A stretch of DNA of 64,000 bases from Myxococcota bacterium (GCA_963676915.2 CAXXVK010000053.1:96001-160000); one strand, 5' to 3'; shown: positions 1 to 10,731, counted from the first letter of the stretch. Program-made: numbers and translations. The notes: generated from the sequence alone by a model not told the origin.

Positions 1-937
1 GAATCTCTGGAAAAAAATTCTGGTCGATCACGACAAATCCCCCGCCCCGGTGATTCTGCACTACGACATGAACCTCGTGTTTCGTGCCGTGCGCGACCTG
101 TTCACCAGCGACATCGACCGTCTGGTGGTGGACGATCAGGATCAGTTCAACGAAATTACCCGCTTTATCAAGACATACATTCCCAATTTCAAATACAGTC
201 TCGAATTGTATGAAGGCAACGAGCCGATTTTCGATCACTTCAGCGTCGAGGTGGACATCAACCGGGCTTTGGGACGAAAAGTCTGGTTGAAATCGGGAGG
301 TTACATCATTATCGATCAGGCCGAGGCTCTTACAGCGATCGATGTCAACACCGGGCGCTACGTCGGCAAACGCAACCTGGAAGACACAATCCTCAAAACG
401 AACCTCGAAGCCATCAAGGAAATCGTCTACCAGCTTCGATTGCGTAATATCGGCGGCATCATCATTATCGACTTCATCGACATGGAGCGCGAAGCCCACC
501 GGGAAAAAGTTTACAACGACCTTGAGGAATCCCTCAAAGCCGACAAAGCCAAGACCCACGTGCTGAAAATTTCGGAGCTAGGTCTTGTGGAAATGACCCG
601 CAAGCGCATCCGAGAAAGCCTCGGCCGCACGCTATGCGAACCCTGTTTCTACTGCGATGGCAAAGGCTACCTGAAAAGCAAGACCACGATCTGTTACGAA
701 ATCTACCGGGAGGTCAAGCGCGAAATCGGCAACGTGCAAGGCAGTGTCGTGACCATCAACGCCCACCCGGAAATTGCGGACATGCTGATCGACGACGAGG
801 CCGAGATGATCGCCTTTTTGGAACGCAAGTTCAAAAAGAAAATCCACGTGCGCGCTTTGGGATTTTTCCATCTCGAACAGTACGAAGTCATCGAGCGGTC
901 TTCCAACGGCACGGGACGAGGTCGAGGGCAACGGTAG
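1..937 (+). CDS. rng: Ribonuclease G/E family (Rne/Rng), C-terminal part; 5' end lies outside the window
   Basis: Motifs KVWLKSGGYIIIDQAEALTAIDVNTG, LRLRNIGGIIIIDFIDM, GLVEMTRKR and Zn-link CFYCDG. Confidence 0.93.
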   Translation, partial: NLWKKILVDHDKSPAPVILHYDMNLVFRAVRDLFTSDIDRLVVDDQDQFNEITRFIKTYIPNFKYSLELYEGNEPIFDHFSVEVDINRALGRKVWLKSGGYIIIDQAEALTAIDVNTGRYVGKRNLEDTILKTNLEAIKEIVYQLRLRNIGGIIIIDFIDMEREAHREKVYNDLEESLKADKAKTHVLKISELGLVEMTRKRIRESLGRTLCEPCFYCDGKGYLKSKTTICYEIYREVKREIGNVQGSVVTINAHPEIADMLIDDEAEMIAFLERKFKKKIHVRALGFFHLEQYEVIERSSNGTGRGRGQR

Positions 938-964
938 GTCTTTTCGTAAAACGAACGGAAATGG

Positions 965-990
965 GTAAGTCGGGTGGTTCTTCACCCGAC
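965..990. repeat. REP-A palindromic repeat (GTAA-GTCGGGTG-gttctt-CACCCGAC)
   Basis: Hairpin between convergent genes; same family as 10732-10803, 26439-26512 and 43230-43257. Confidence 0.8.
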
Positions 991-1015
991 ACCTCCTTGC
1001 TAAACAATAGTGAAG

Positions 1016-2545
1016 CTATTGGTTCTCCGAAATGATCCCGTGATAGCGTCCCATCCAATAGGCTAAAAGGTAGTCCTCGGGCGAGTACACCATCCGCTTG
1101 TCTTCGGCTCTATCCGCTGGTTCGATTTCGTAAAAGTCGAGTCGCCACAGGTAGTTGTCGAAATAGTATTCCTCCAGGGGAATTGGTTCCGCCGAGCGGC
1201 CACGGTCCAGGCGACTGATGCAGACAGCTTCCTGCTCCCCTTTGGGAATAAAGTGCTGGTATTTTTCATCCGGAAAACGCTTCATGATACAAACCGCGTT
1301 GTCCACCGCTTCGTACAGCAACGAATCTTCGGCCGGGTCGTCACCGGTCAACGCCGCATAGGAGAAGGTGAAAAAGGCGTTGCCCAGAGGAACCAGGCTA
1401 AGATACTTGGGATCGTCGGTGTGGAACATGTTGGTTCGCAGCACACCGAGCAGCCGTTCGCGCACGTTTTCGTTTTGTTCCCGCCGTAACAGGGGATAAA
1501 CAGCCTGATACATCATGTCGAAGCTGTCGTAGTTCTCTTTGCAATCGGGTTGGAAGAGAATCAGCATGGTTTCCATTGCTTCGAGATAGCTTCCCAAATC
1601 GGCAAACTCGATGTCGGGACACTCCACGCCCTCGCGCATGCGCATCAGACAGCCATAGTAGAAATCGTCCAATTCGTCGTCGTTTAACGCCATCTGAGCC
1701 ACTTTGATCCAACTTGCCACGAGCATTGCATTGAAACCGGGCCAGTCGTCCACGGCAGAGTAATACAAGCGGCCATGCTCGGTGACCTCCCCGGTGTGGG
1801 CGTCGATGATTTGCAATCCGTTGGAAATGATGTGGTCCATAATGGCGCGTAATCGCTCACGAATCGTTTCGCGTAGGGATTCGTCATCGAAATGCTCCAT
1901 CGCAAGCGCGTAGCCCATCATCAAACCGTCGTAGCCGTCCTTGCTGACATCGTTTCGATAGCGCCAGCCTTCGTAGCCTTCCGCTGTGGAATCCGACCAG
2001 CCGGGATTCTCGGTCGATACCGAATTGTACGGTACGTCGGGATCGTCCATCGACCGGGCATACAAGCCGCGAACACCGGTTACGGCGGTAAGATGCTCCA
2101 ACGCCGCAACGACGACTTTGGTGTTTTCCAAGGCTTCGGGATCGCGTGTCACCCGGTAACGCAATGCCTGGCTGGCAATATAGATGCCGCTCCATAAAAT
2201 CACGTTTTCGGCGTGTTTCCAGTGGTCTACGTTTTGTAGATCTTCGGTCAGATACAGGTTGCGCATCAGGCCGTCTCCCGCGATGTGCTGTTCACGGGCT
2301 ACTTTGTCGAAATACGCCGCTTTTTCCGCTAAAGTTTTCTCGATGCTGATGGATTCGCAGGTGGGGTAATCGTAATCGGGTGGATCGAAAGCGAAGGGGT
2401 CGGCTTCTTCAACCTCGGGAGATTCGCTCTCTGTTTCTCCTATCGGAACATCGGTGTCTCCTCCGATACTTTCGGTATCGTCACTCGAACAGGCCATGCA
2501 CATCCACACAATTCCCAACCCTACAATCCAACTCCAAGATTTCAT
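1016..2545 (-). CDS. Hypothetical lipoprotein, probably an alpha/alpha-toroid fold
   Basis: 509-aa ORF with lipobox-like CMAC-SS, acidic linker and C-terminal DYLLAYWMGRYHG; fold is inference. Confidence 0.7.
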   Translation of the reverse strand: MKSWSWIVGLGIVWMCMACSSDDTESIGGDTDVPIGETESESPEVEEADPFAFDPPDYDYPTCESISIEKTLAEKAAYFDKVAREQHIAGDGLMRNLYLTEDLQNVDHWKHAENVILWSGIYIASQALRYRVTRDPEALENTKVVVAALEHLTAVTGVRGLYARSMDDPDVPYNSVSTENPGWSDSTAEGYEGWRYRNDVSKDGYDGLMMGYALAMEHFDDESLRETIRERLRAIMDHIISNGLQIIDAHTGEVTEHGRLYYSAVDDWPGFNAMLVASWIKVAQMALNDDELDDFYYGCLMRMREGVECPDIEFADLGSYLEAMETMLILFQPDCKENYDSFDMMYQAVYPLLRREQNENVRERLLGVLRTNMFHTDDPKYLSLVPLGNAFFTFSYAALTGDDPAEDSLLYEAVDNAVCIMKRFPDEKYQHFIPKGEQEAVCISRLDRGRSAEPIPLEEYYFDNYLWRLDFYEIEPADRAEDKRMVYSPEDYLLAYWMGRYHGIISENQ

Positions 2546-2556
2546 TTCCCCCCCTT

Positions 2557-3507
2557 TTACGCTTTACGAGCAAATACCAACCGGTGAGCTTCGGGTGTCG
2601 TATCGATCAATTCCGCCGGAGAAAATCCGACCCCGGACAGCCACGAACTCATCTCTTCCAACGAATAACTGTCGCCTTCTTCCGTATTGACCAACATATT
2701 GACGGCAAAAAGTTCCGCGCCGGGCGAATGGCCGACCACGGCATCCAGGATAGCGATTCCTTCTAAGTTGGCATATTTTTGCGTGATTTTTTTCAACAAG
2801 GCGCGATTGGTCGCCGTACTGAAAATGTGAAGAACGTTTCCCATCAACACCAGCGAGAAATCGCCTTCGGGCAGAGTTTCGAGAAAATTCCCCTCGGCAA
2901 ATTCCAAGCCGGGTACGTTGTCGAGACCGTACTCTTTTCGAACGTGTGCGATCATCTGGGGTTGATCGAACAGCGTCGCTTTCCAGCCCCGGTCGATCAT
3001 CGCCCGGCAGTAGACACCCGGTCCGCCGCCCAGATCCAGGATATGTCCGGGACCGAGGCGCTCGTTCAAGGCATCCGCGACGAGATTGACGGATTCGGTG
3101 GAGCGCGACGCCATCGCCGCCATGAATCGGGCGGTGCGTTTGGGGCTTTTTTCCTTGGGTACGGGTTTACCCGTGCGTAGTGTGTCCGGCAGTTTCGACC
3201 AGGTTTCGAACAATCCGAGCCAGTGACTGAAAGGACTGACCGGCTGCGAGCGCTCCAGATACGCTCGACCGGGAGCCGCGAGCGACAGTGCGCCGTTCTC
3301 GTCTTTGTCGATCAATCCGGCTTCGCAAGCCGCACGCACGACGATGCGCATGGCTCTTGGATCGAGGCCCAGACGGTCGAGATCCTCCACGGTGGCGGAA
3401 CCTTCGTCCAGCGCTTGGAAGAGGCCGCTTTGTGTGCAGGCCAGTGCAACGATGACACGCCGGGCAAAGGTAAAATCTTCCGCAGGAGAGTGAAAGGGAA
3501 TTCCCAT
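2557..3507 (-). CDS. SAM-dependent O-methyltransferase (dimerisation + Methyltransf_2 domains)
   Basis: ILDLGGGPG SAM motif, FAEGNF, MGNVLH. Confidence 0.85.
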   Translation of the reverse strand: MGIPFHSPAEDFTFARRVIVALACTQSGLFQALDEGSATVEDLDRLGLDPRAMRIVVRAACEAGLIDKDENGALSLAAPGRAYLERSQPVSPFSHWLGLFETWSKLPDTLRTGKPVPKEKSPKRTARFMAAMASRSTESVNLVADALNERLGPGHILDLGGGPGVYCRAMIDRGWKATLFDQPQMIAHVRKEYGLDNVPGLEFAEGNFLETLPEGDFSLVLMGNVLHIFSTATNRALLKKITQKYANLEGIAILDAVVGHSPGAELFAVNMLVNTEEGDSYSLEEMSSWLSGVGFSPAELIDTTPEAHRLVFARKA

Positions 3508-3641
3508 TGCATTCCTTCGCTGTTTTGGTTATCTCAATAGTACATAGTTTTTCGGTACTTTGTTCGTTGTGTGCACCAAATATTTATAAACCAATGTAAT
3601 GAAATTGTAACGAACCCAACAATGGATGGAAAGGAAATCCC

Positions 3642-5336
3642 ATGCCGGAACTGAAAAAATTTCCCCGACGTTTCGTGGCGACCGACGCCGATTTTTCCGA
3701 AGTGTCCGTAGTGGAAAACGCCTATGACGAGGCAATGAAACAATCTGTTGAAACCTTGGATGAATTGGAGCGTTTCGTATCGTTTTGGATGGAAATCATG
3801 GCCTGTATCGACGAGGCCCGTTCCAAAAGCTATGTCTCGATGAGCTGCGACACCACCGATAAAGAAGCCGAAGCGCGGTTTTTATCGATGGTCGAAAACG
3901 TCATGCCCGTGGTCGAAGCCAAAGATTTCGAGATGAAACAGAAGTTCGTTGCCAGCCCTGCCGTGAACGACCTGCCGGAGCGCTACGAAGTTTTCGTGCG
4001 GGACGTGAAAAACGAAATCGAACTGTTCCGCGAAGAAAACATTCCACTTCAGATCGAAGGGGCCAAACTCGGGCAGAATTATCAAAAAATCGCCGGAGGC
4101 TGGATGGTGAACTGGGAGGGCGAAGCCCTCACGGTGCAACAGGTCCGTGCCAAGTTCGAGGAAACCGACCGCGACCTTCGCGAGCGAGCGTATCGGGCGG
4201 TAGGCGACGTGCATTTGAACGACGCCGGAAAACTCGACGAGTTGTACGACAAAATGTTGGAAGTCCGTGGAACGATTGCGAAAAACGCCGGTTTCGACAA
4301 TTTCCGCGACTATACCTTCCGTTCCATGGGCCGTTTCGACTACACACCCGAGGATTGTTTTTCCTTCCACAGTGCCGTGCAAAAGCACGTCGTTCCGGTG
4401 GTCGAAAAAATGATGGAAACCCGCCAAGGAAAAACTCGGTGTCAACACCCTTCGTCCCTGGGATCTGTCGGTGGACGAAGACGGCCTCGCCCCCTTGCGC
4501 CCGTTTGAAAAAGCCGAAGAACTGGTGGAGAAAGTCCACAAGGTGACGACGAAAATCGACAGTGAACTCGGCGAATATTTCGGCGTAATGCGCGATCAAA
4601 AACTGTTGGATCTCGACAGCCGCAAAGGCAAAGCGCCGGGCGGGCCTACATGACCGACTTCACCGAGCAGCGCGTTCCCTTCATTTTCATGAACGCCGTC
4701 GGTACGTCGGGCGATATCCGTACGTTGCTGCACGAAGGTGGCCACGCTTTCAACCTGTTTCTCTGCCGCGAGTTGGAGCCGATCACCTACCTGATGCCGC
4801 CGTTGGAGTTCGCCGAGGTGGCGTCGATGTCGATGGAGTTGCTGGCGCTTCCCGAATACGATTTGGTCTACAAGCCCGAAGAGATCGAGCGCGCCCGCCG
4901 GGACCAACTCGGCGGAACGATCAAGCTTCTCCCCTTCATTTCGATGATCGACAGCTTCCAGCAATGGGTCTACCTGAATGATTCCGATCCCAAAGTACGG
5001 GCGGATTTCTGGGAAAACCTGGAAAACACCTACCGACCGTATATCGATTGGAACGGTCTGGAGGATTACAAGCGCATCGGCTGGCAGTATCCGCACGTTT
5101 ACAAGGTGCCGTTCTACTACATCGAATACGGCATTGCGCAACTGGGAGCTTTGCAGGTCTGGAGCCGTTCGCTCGACGATTATCCCCAAGCGCTGGCGGA
5201 TTACAAAAAAGCACTGGCGTTGGGAGGCTCCCAGCCGCTGCCCAAACTATTCGAGGCGGCGGGCATCCGTTTCGACATGACCGAAAACACTATCGCCCCG
5301 CTGATGGAAACCGTCACGCGGGAGTTGGGACTGTAG
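3642..5336 (+). CDS. pepF: M3 family oligoendopeptidase F, split by two frameshifts (~4430 and ~4647)
   Basis: Continuous homology over ORFs 3642-4508, 4471-4653 and 4650-5336; HEGGH zinc motif, KGKAPGG(Y), FAEVASMSMEL, PFYYIEY. Confidence 0.85.
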
Positions 5337-5346
5337 GCTTTTTGAA

Positions 5347-5374
5347 CCTGCGGGAAGGTTTTCCTTCCCGCAGG
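5347..5374. terminator. GC-rich hairpin between convergent genes, probable terminator
   Basis: CCTGCGGGAAGG-tttt-CCTTCCCGCAGG perfect 12-bp stem. Confidence 0.65.
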
Positions 5375-5394
5375 GGAGTGTTGACCAACAAAAT

Positions 5395-6855
5395 TTACAA
5401 ACCAATTGTCAAATCAATCAGGTCTTGGGGGATGTATCCCTTGGCTATCGAGGTTTTTCGTGTTTCTTCCGTATGTTCTGGTGTAATGGCGACTTTTTCC
5501 ACCGTCCACTCCTCGAACCGGCGGAATGTTTTCAGAAACCGATCGATGTGACCATCAAATTTCGTCAAATCTCCGACCAGTTTTTGCGCATTGCGTTTAC
5601 AGCTCCCCAGACGAATAACTTTATCGTTTTCATTTAAGGCTACGAGATCGAGTTCCGTTCCGGCGCGGTCCCAATATCCTTGAATTCGACTGGATAACGG
5701 AAAATCTCCGATCCCTTTGCGGCTTCGCTCTTCGTATAGCGTCCATACCAATCTTTCCAACCCATAGCCTTCGGCATCTTCAAGACGTTTGTCCGCTTCC
5801 CCAATCAACTGGTCGAGAGGTTTGAAATTTATGGATGCCGCCGGTATCGCCAAGGCGTGTAGCCATGAACGAAGGAAATTGTCTTTGATATAAATTCGAC
5901 CTCTTCGTGATCCTGTAGGAGCCATAATGGGTTGCCTACGTTCGATCATCCGGTATTTATCCATTAAAGTTCTAATGTATGATTCCACCTGTTTATTGGT
6001 TCCGCTTCCAATATCATTGGCATGGCTTTTTATCTCACCACTTGTGCATCCGGGATTATGTGCAACATATTTCAATACGAGATCCGTTCGCCCCCTTAAT
6101 TCCCGAAGAAACCAGTTATCCGCTTCGGTTTTCAAAGGAGCGGAGCTTGAAAAAAACATGCGTTCCAACAATGATTTTCTATCACTGTTCAAAACTCCTT
6201 GTTCATAGCAATCTCGATAGAATTTCGGGACACCTTCAAATAAATTCCAGAGAAATAACAATCGCTTGGGGTCTTCATCCGCATGAACACGAAGAATTTC
6301 CATGACGGAAGCGATATTGAGATGCATTAGATCGATAGGATCTGTTATCCGGTTGTAAAGCGGGGCTGAACGATCTTCGAGGATGGCCACCATTTCGGTA
6401 TGCAAAGAGCCAAGAACTATCAATCCACCTTTCACGGTATCCGATTGGGCTGCAAGCTGATCGACTTCATATTGAAGAAAGGAGGTGAATTCATACAAGG
6501 CTTTTCTGTGAAAGTACTGAAACTCATCCAATGCAACGATGTATCCCTGCCTCACGAGGTTGGCAAGGCTTCTGGCCAATGATCTAAGATCCGTTGGAGG
6601 AGAAGCAGGAATATTAAAAAGAGAATAAAAATCACGAACCTCCGAAAGAACTCCAGCAGGATCGGAATCCGGTATCTGAATGTAAAGACGGTGGTTCTCA
6701 GGAACGATCGTGCGGATTGCTTGATGGGCCAGCGTTGTTTTTCCAATCCGTCGTCGACCGGAAATTTTTACAAAAAACCAACGGTTACGTTCAAGAATAG
6801 ACGCCAATTGCTTCTGTTCTTCGTTTCTTCCATAAAAGCCCCATTCCACAGCCAT
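5395..6855 (-). CDS. Archaeal-type AAA ATPase with winged helix and C-terminal DUF234/PD-(D/E)XK-like domain
   Basis: FYGRNEE, Walker A GRRRIGKT, Walker B ALDEFQ, EGVPKF, C-terminal YWDRAGTELDLVA...GSCK; lower GC than flanks. Confidence 0.85.
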   Translation of the reverse strand: MAVEWGFYGRNEEQKQLASILERNRWFFVKISGRRRIGKTTLAHQAIRTIVPENHRLYIQIPDSDPAGVLSEVRDFYSLFNIPASPPTDLRSLARSLANLVRQGYIVALDEFQYFHRKALYEFTSFLQYEVDQLAAQSDTVKGGLIVLGSLHTEMVAILEDRSAPLYNRITDPIDLMHLNIASVMEILRVHADEDPKRLLFLWNLFEGVPKFYRDCYEQGVLNSDRKSLLERMFFSSSAPLKTEADNWFLRELRGRTDLVLKYVAHNPGCTSGEIKSHANDIGSGTNKQVESYIRTLMDKYRMIERRQPIMAPTGSRRGRIYIKDNFLRSWLHALAIPAASINFKPLDQLIGEADKRLEDAEGYGLERLVWTLYEERSRKGIGDFPLSSRIQGYWDRAGTELDLVALNENDKVIRLGSCKRNAQKLVGDLTKFDGHIDRFLKTFRRFEEWTVEKVAITPEHTEETRKTSIAKGYIPQDLIDLTIGL

Positions 6856-7053
6856 CTCTACCTCCTTAACATAAGCTCAACTTATGTTAAGTGAATGATA
6901 GCATGAATATCCTAGAATATCAATGGGTTAGGATAGAAAAACAACGACGGAAGTCCCGATTTTGGGCTTTGACACACGTTAAAAAGCGGTATTTGACAAC
7001 AAATACACAACTGTAATTGAACCTGATGTATCCCCCCAAATTTCCGAACCCCA

Positions 7054-7773
7054 TCAGACCATGAGTTTCAATTTGTCGATGTATGGGGGATCGTCCTGCT
7101 CGATGATGTCAAGAATCCACTGGTTGGCCCGGCGCTTCATTTCTGCGAAAATGGGGCGTTTTTTGTCGAATGTGGCGGCAAAGGCCATGGCCTGCTCCAC
7201 CGTCTCTTCCGCCGTCGGACAAGCGCGAGTGACGACATGGTGTTCTGCCAGTTCGGTCGCTCCGTAGCGTCCACCGGTGAGCATCATTTCTTCGAGCTTG
7301 TAATACGGAACCGTTTTCCGGTTGATGGCCCACATGCCGGGAAGAAACGGTATTGAAATGTTGACTTCGGGAAAACTGAAATACCCCCGGTCGGCGCGCA
7401 TGAAGCGGAAATCGCAGGCACAGGCGAAAATCGCCCCGTCGCCGAAAGCGTGCCCGTTAATCGCGGCGATGACCGGCACGGGAAACGTCAGGGCGCGCTT
7501 GAATGTCTCGTCAAGACCGTACAAAAAGCCGCGTGCCTCTTTTTGACCTTCGGGAGTGGTGACCGCCGTCATGATCCAGTTGAGATCGATTCCCAACGAC
7601 CAGCATTTCGGATCGCCGGAACGAATCACGAGAGCTTTGACATCGCTGTCGGCTTCGATCTCGTCGAACAGTTCCAGAAGCTTACCGACGAATCCCGGAT
7701 TGTGGCGATTCTCGCCCTCGTTCCAAGTCATCAACGCAGTATGATCCACTTTTTCCCAGCTCAAATTCGCCAT
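7054..7773 (-). CDS. Enoyl-CoA hydratase/isomerase family protein
   Basis: WSLGIDL, PVIAAINGHAFGDG, ACDFR, FSFPEV crotonase motifs; start set at MANLSW. Confidence 0.88.
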   Translation of the reverse strand: MANLSWEKVDHTALMTWNEGENRHNPGFVGKLLELFDEIEADSDVKALVIRSGDPKCWSLGIDLNWIMTAVTTPEGQKEARGFLYGLDETFKRALTFPVPVIAAINGHAFGDGAIFACACDFRFMRADRGYFSFPEVNISIPFLPGMWAINRKTVPYYKLEEMMLTGGRYGATELAEHHVVTRACPTAEETVEQAMAFAATFDKKRPIFAEMKRRANQWILDIIEQDDPPYIDKLKLMV

Positions 7774-8001
7774 GACGTTTCCTTCAGGTTTAGGTCGAAG
7801 TTTTGATTTCTCTTTGTACACTCCCTTCGGTCCGGATGCAAGTCCTTGGAAAAACGTGGTATTTCGTTATATAAGAAAAGTGAATCATTTAGAATTCCTA
7901 CAAGCGACCGATTGCATAACAGTGTGCCTTGCGATTTCGTCATGGTTCGAATCATTTTTTGAACCCGAGGCAGAGAATCGTTCCGTGAACAGGATGGTCG
8001 T

Positions 8002-9150
8002 GTGGAACGTGTGAATGAACAATCGAGTCGTCCCCCTCCCGGGTCGTTTCAGGAATGCGCAGGGGAGAGGGAATCCCAAATCGCTTGCCTGCGCGGTCAT
8101 ATGCTGCACTGGATCGAGCGCGGCGGGCTGGAGGTTCCCAGCATTCCCAGTGCGCTGGCTGAAGCGATGCGCCTGGCCAACAATCCCTACTCCAGTATGC
8201 GCGAAATCGAGAAGCTGATCGAGATGGACCAAGCGGTGGCCGTTCGACTGTTGCGCTACGCCAACTCCTCGTATTTCAAGGGAATTTCGAAAATTCACTC
8301 CATCCGGGACGCCATCGTGCGTATCGGGCAACATACTTTGAGAAACCTGCTGTTCGGTCTGTTTCTGGAAACCAAAGTGTTTCGGTCGAAATCGTATCAG
8401 AATCTGGTCAACGCGCTGTGGATGCATGGTATTGGCTGTGCCGTGCTTTCCCGCTATATGGCGCCGGTTTTCGATCTCGATCCCGAGGCGGCGTTTTTAG
8501 CCGGGTTGCTGCACGATGCGGGGAAAACCGCATTGATCGGCTCGGTGGTGTCCAGCAGCGATATCCGCCCGCTTCCCTCACCGGAAGTCGTGGAAATCGC
8601 CATGGACGATCTCCACACCATGGCCGGGTTGGAAGTGGTGGAACGTTGGCAACTCCCCGAAACGATCGTCGAAGCGGTCAGCAGTCACCACAATTTCCAG
8701 GGAGCTTTGCACAACCGGCGGATGGTGGCGCTGATTCAAGCGGCGGATATTCTATCGTACAAGATCAACCTGGATTGCCTTGAAGCTCCATCCGAAGAAA
8801 CGCCCGAGGAGGATCTTCCGCTGGCGAGAACGCGAAAACTGCGGAGTTCCATCGAAATCAATTCGCACCCCGCTTTTCAGTTTTTGGGAATCGAAGAAGA
8901 GATCGTCGAAAAACTGGAGGAAGAAAAAGCCTCCCTGCAAGATAAAATGAGCAATCCGTTCCTGCAAAAAGCCCCGACACGTTCGGCACTTGTCGATTAC
9001 GGCCCGCCGGATCGGCCCACGAAAAAATCCAACGACGACACCACCAAAATGCCAACGGTCTGGCTTCAGGAATCGATACCCTGGATCGTCTTTTTTACAT
9101 TGATCACGCTATCGATGGCAATTTGGATTTTTATGTTCCAATCCAGCTAA
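8002..9150 (+). CDS. HDOD domain protein with C-terminal transmembrane helix
   Basis: DQAVAVRLLRYANS, AIVRIG, AFLAGLLHDAGK, WQLPE..HH. Confidence 0.88.
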   Translation: MERVNEQSSRPPPGSFQECAGERESQIACLRGHMLHWIERGGLEVPSIPSALAEAMRLANNPYSSMREIEKLIEMDQAVAVRLLRYANSSYFKGISKIHSIRDAIVRIGQHTLRNLLFGLFLETKVFRSKSYQNLVNALWMHGIGCAVLSRYMAPVFDLDPEAAFLAGLLHDAGKTALIGSVVSSSDIRPLPSPEVVEIAMDDLHTMAGLEVVERWQLPETIVEAVSSHHNFQGALHNRRMVALIQAADILSYKINLDCLEAPSEETPEEDLPLARTRKLRSSIEINSHPAFQFLGIEEEIVEKLEEEKASLQDKMSNPFLQKAPTRSALVDYGPPDRPTKKSNDDTTKMPTVWLQESIPWIVFFTLITLSMAIWIFMFQSS

Positions 9151-9169
9151 CCTGCTACACTTACCCAAC

Positions 9170-9332
9170 GATGGAGCAGGATTGTATCCTGGTCCAAACG
9201 TTCATGACTCCAGCATCTCGGCAGAAAATGGGTTGGGTCGGTATTGTGAGAGTTAGAAACAAACAACACGTATGACATAAAAAAAAGAACCGTTCAAAAC
9301 ATGAGGAGCAGGATACAATCCTGCTCCATCTA
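9170..9332. repeat. REP-C inverted doublet (GGAGCAGGAT-n3-ATCCTGCTCC)
   Basis: gatggagcaggattgtatcctggtcc (from 9170) and its inverse ggagcaggatacaatcctgctccatc (9305-9330); homologous to 57397 and 59305 copies. Confidence 0.75.
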
Positions 9333-9365
9333 ATGGCATCAATCCAGCTAAATTGCTGAATACAC

Positions 9366-10691
9366 TTACTTATTCTGCCTCATGACAAGCACCGGCAACT
9401 GGCTGTCCTCGTCGATTTTTTCGTCGATCTGCACGAATCCTTCACGCTTGTAAAACGCTATCGCCCTGGGGTTTTGCGGAAATACGCTGACATCCAACGG
9501 TCCTTTGAGTTCCCTGGCTTTTTCGATCAACTGCCGTCCCAGTCCTCGGCTCTGCCAGGCCGGGTCCACGAACAGTCCGCCGACGAAGTTGTCCAGCAAT
9601 CCGATGAATCCCCACACCTCGCCTTCACTCTCGCAGACCCAGTTTTCGGCCTTTCTAAGGTATTCTTCACGGAGACGCTGTTCTTCGTCTTGCAAGAAAT
9701 TTTCGGGCAGAAAGTAGTGGGATATCAGGCTGGCTTCGTACCAGATCCGCACGCAGGCGTCTTCGTCACGTGGTTCGAACGGGCGGATGGTCAACTCCGG
9801 CGGACCGAAAACTTCGTCGATAACCATGGAAACATAGTCCCGGTAGCTGCTGTTCGGCATGTCGAGCAGAAGTTTTAGCGCTTCGTGACGATTCAGAAAA
9901 CCCATGCGGACGGCGATTTCCTCGATGCAGCCGATTTTCAACCCCTGCCGAGCTTCCACGGCATGGATGAAATCCGCACCGTCGAGCATGCTTTCCGGGG
10001 TTCCGGTATCGATCCAGGCCACTCCCCGGCTGATGCGTTCGCAGAACAGTTCGCCCCGCCGGAGGTATTCTGAGTTGAGATCGGTGATTTCGAGTTCTCC
10101 CCGCGCCGAAGGTTCGAGGTTCCGCACGAATTCCACCGCGCGGGCATCGTAGAGATACAGTCCCGGAACTGCGTAATTCGACTTGGGTTTTTGCGGTTTT
10201 TCCTCGATGGACAACACCCGGCCATCGCGGTCGAATTCGAGCACGCCGTAGCGTTGAGGATCGAGCACCGGGTATCCGAAAATCAATGCGCCTTTGGAAA
10301 ACTCCGACACGGCGCGACGCAGGAAGTTCAATTTGCCGTAAAACACGTTGTCGCCCAATACCAGCGCCACAGGTTGGTTTTGGATGAAATCCTCGCCGAT
10401 TACCAGGGCCTGGGCGATGCCTTCGGGTTTGGGTTGAACCTTGTATTGTATTGAAATTCCAAGTTTTTTCCCGTCACCTAGCAATTCCTCGAAACGGGGA
10501 GTGTCTTCGGGGGTGGAAATCAGCAGAATGTCGCGAATCCCCGCCAGCATCAGAATCGACAACGGGTAGTAGATCAACGGTTTGTCGTACAGCGGCATGA
10601 GCTGTTTGCAGACCACACGACTCGAAGGATACAGGCGGGAACCCGATCCTCCAGCTAGAATAATGCCGCGTGTAATGGCTTCACTCGCCAT
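9366..10691 (-). CDS. rfbA: Glucose-1-phosphate thymidylyltransferase fused to a C-terminal GNAT acetyltransferase
   Basis: GIILAGGSGSRLYP, KQLMPLYDKP, RGELEITD, WIDTGT, then GNAT LFVDPAWQSRGLG and NPRAIAFYKREGF in the same frame. Confidence 0.9.
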   Translation of the reverse strand: MASEAITRGIILAGGSGSRLYPSSRVVCKQLMPLYDKPLIYYPLSILMLAGIRDILLISTPEDTPRFEELLGDGKKLGISIQYKVQPKPEGIAQALVIGEDFIQNQPVALVLGDNVFYGKLNFLRRAVSEFSKGALIFGYPVLDPQRYGVLEFDRDGRVLSIEEKPQKPKSNYAVPGLYLYDARAVEFVRNLEPSARGELEITDLNSEYLRRGELFCERISRGVAWIDTGTPESMLDGADFIHAVEARQGLKIGCIEEIAVRMGFLNRHEALKLLLDMPNSSYRDYVSMVIDEVFGPPELTIRPFEPRDEDACVRIWYEASLISHYFLPENFLQDEEQRLREEYLRKAENWVCESEGEVWGFIGLLDNFVGGLFVDPAWQSRGLGRQLIEKARELKGPLDVSVFPQNPRAIAFYKREGFVQIDEKIDEDSQLPVLVMRQNK

Positions 10692-10731
10692 GGAAATACT
10701 CCTGGATAATCGAAAAACCGTTGAAAAATTT

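Noticed and set aside
4420-4660. Programmed ribosomal frameshifting in pepF and other split genes
   Set aside because: No consistent slippery heptamer or stimulator, and these families are not known to be recoded; sequencing indels are simpler.
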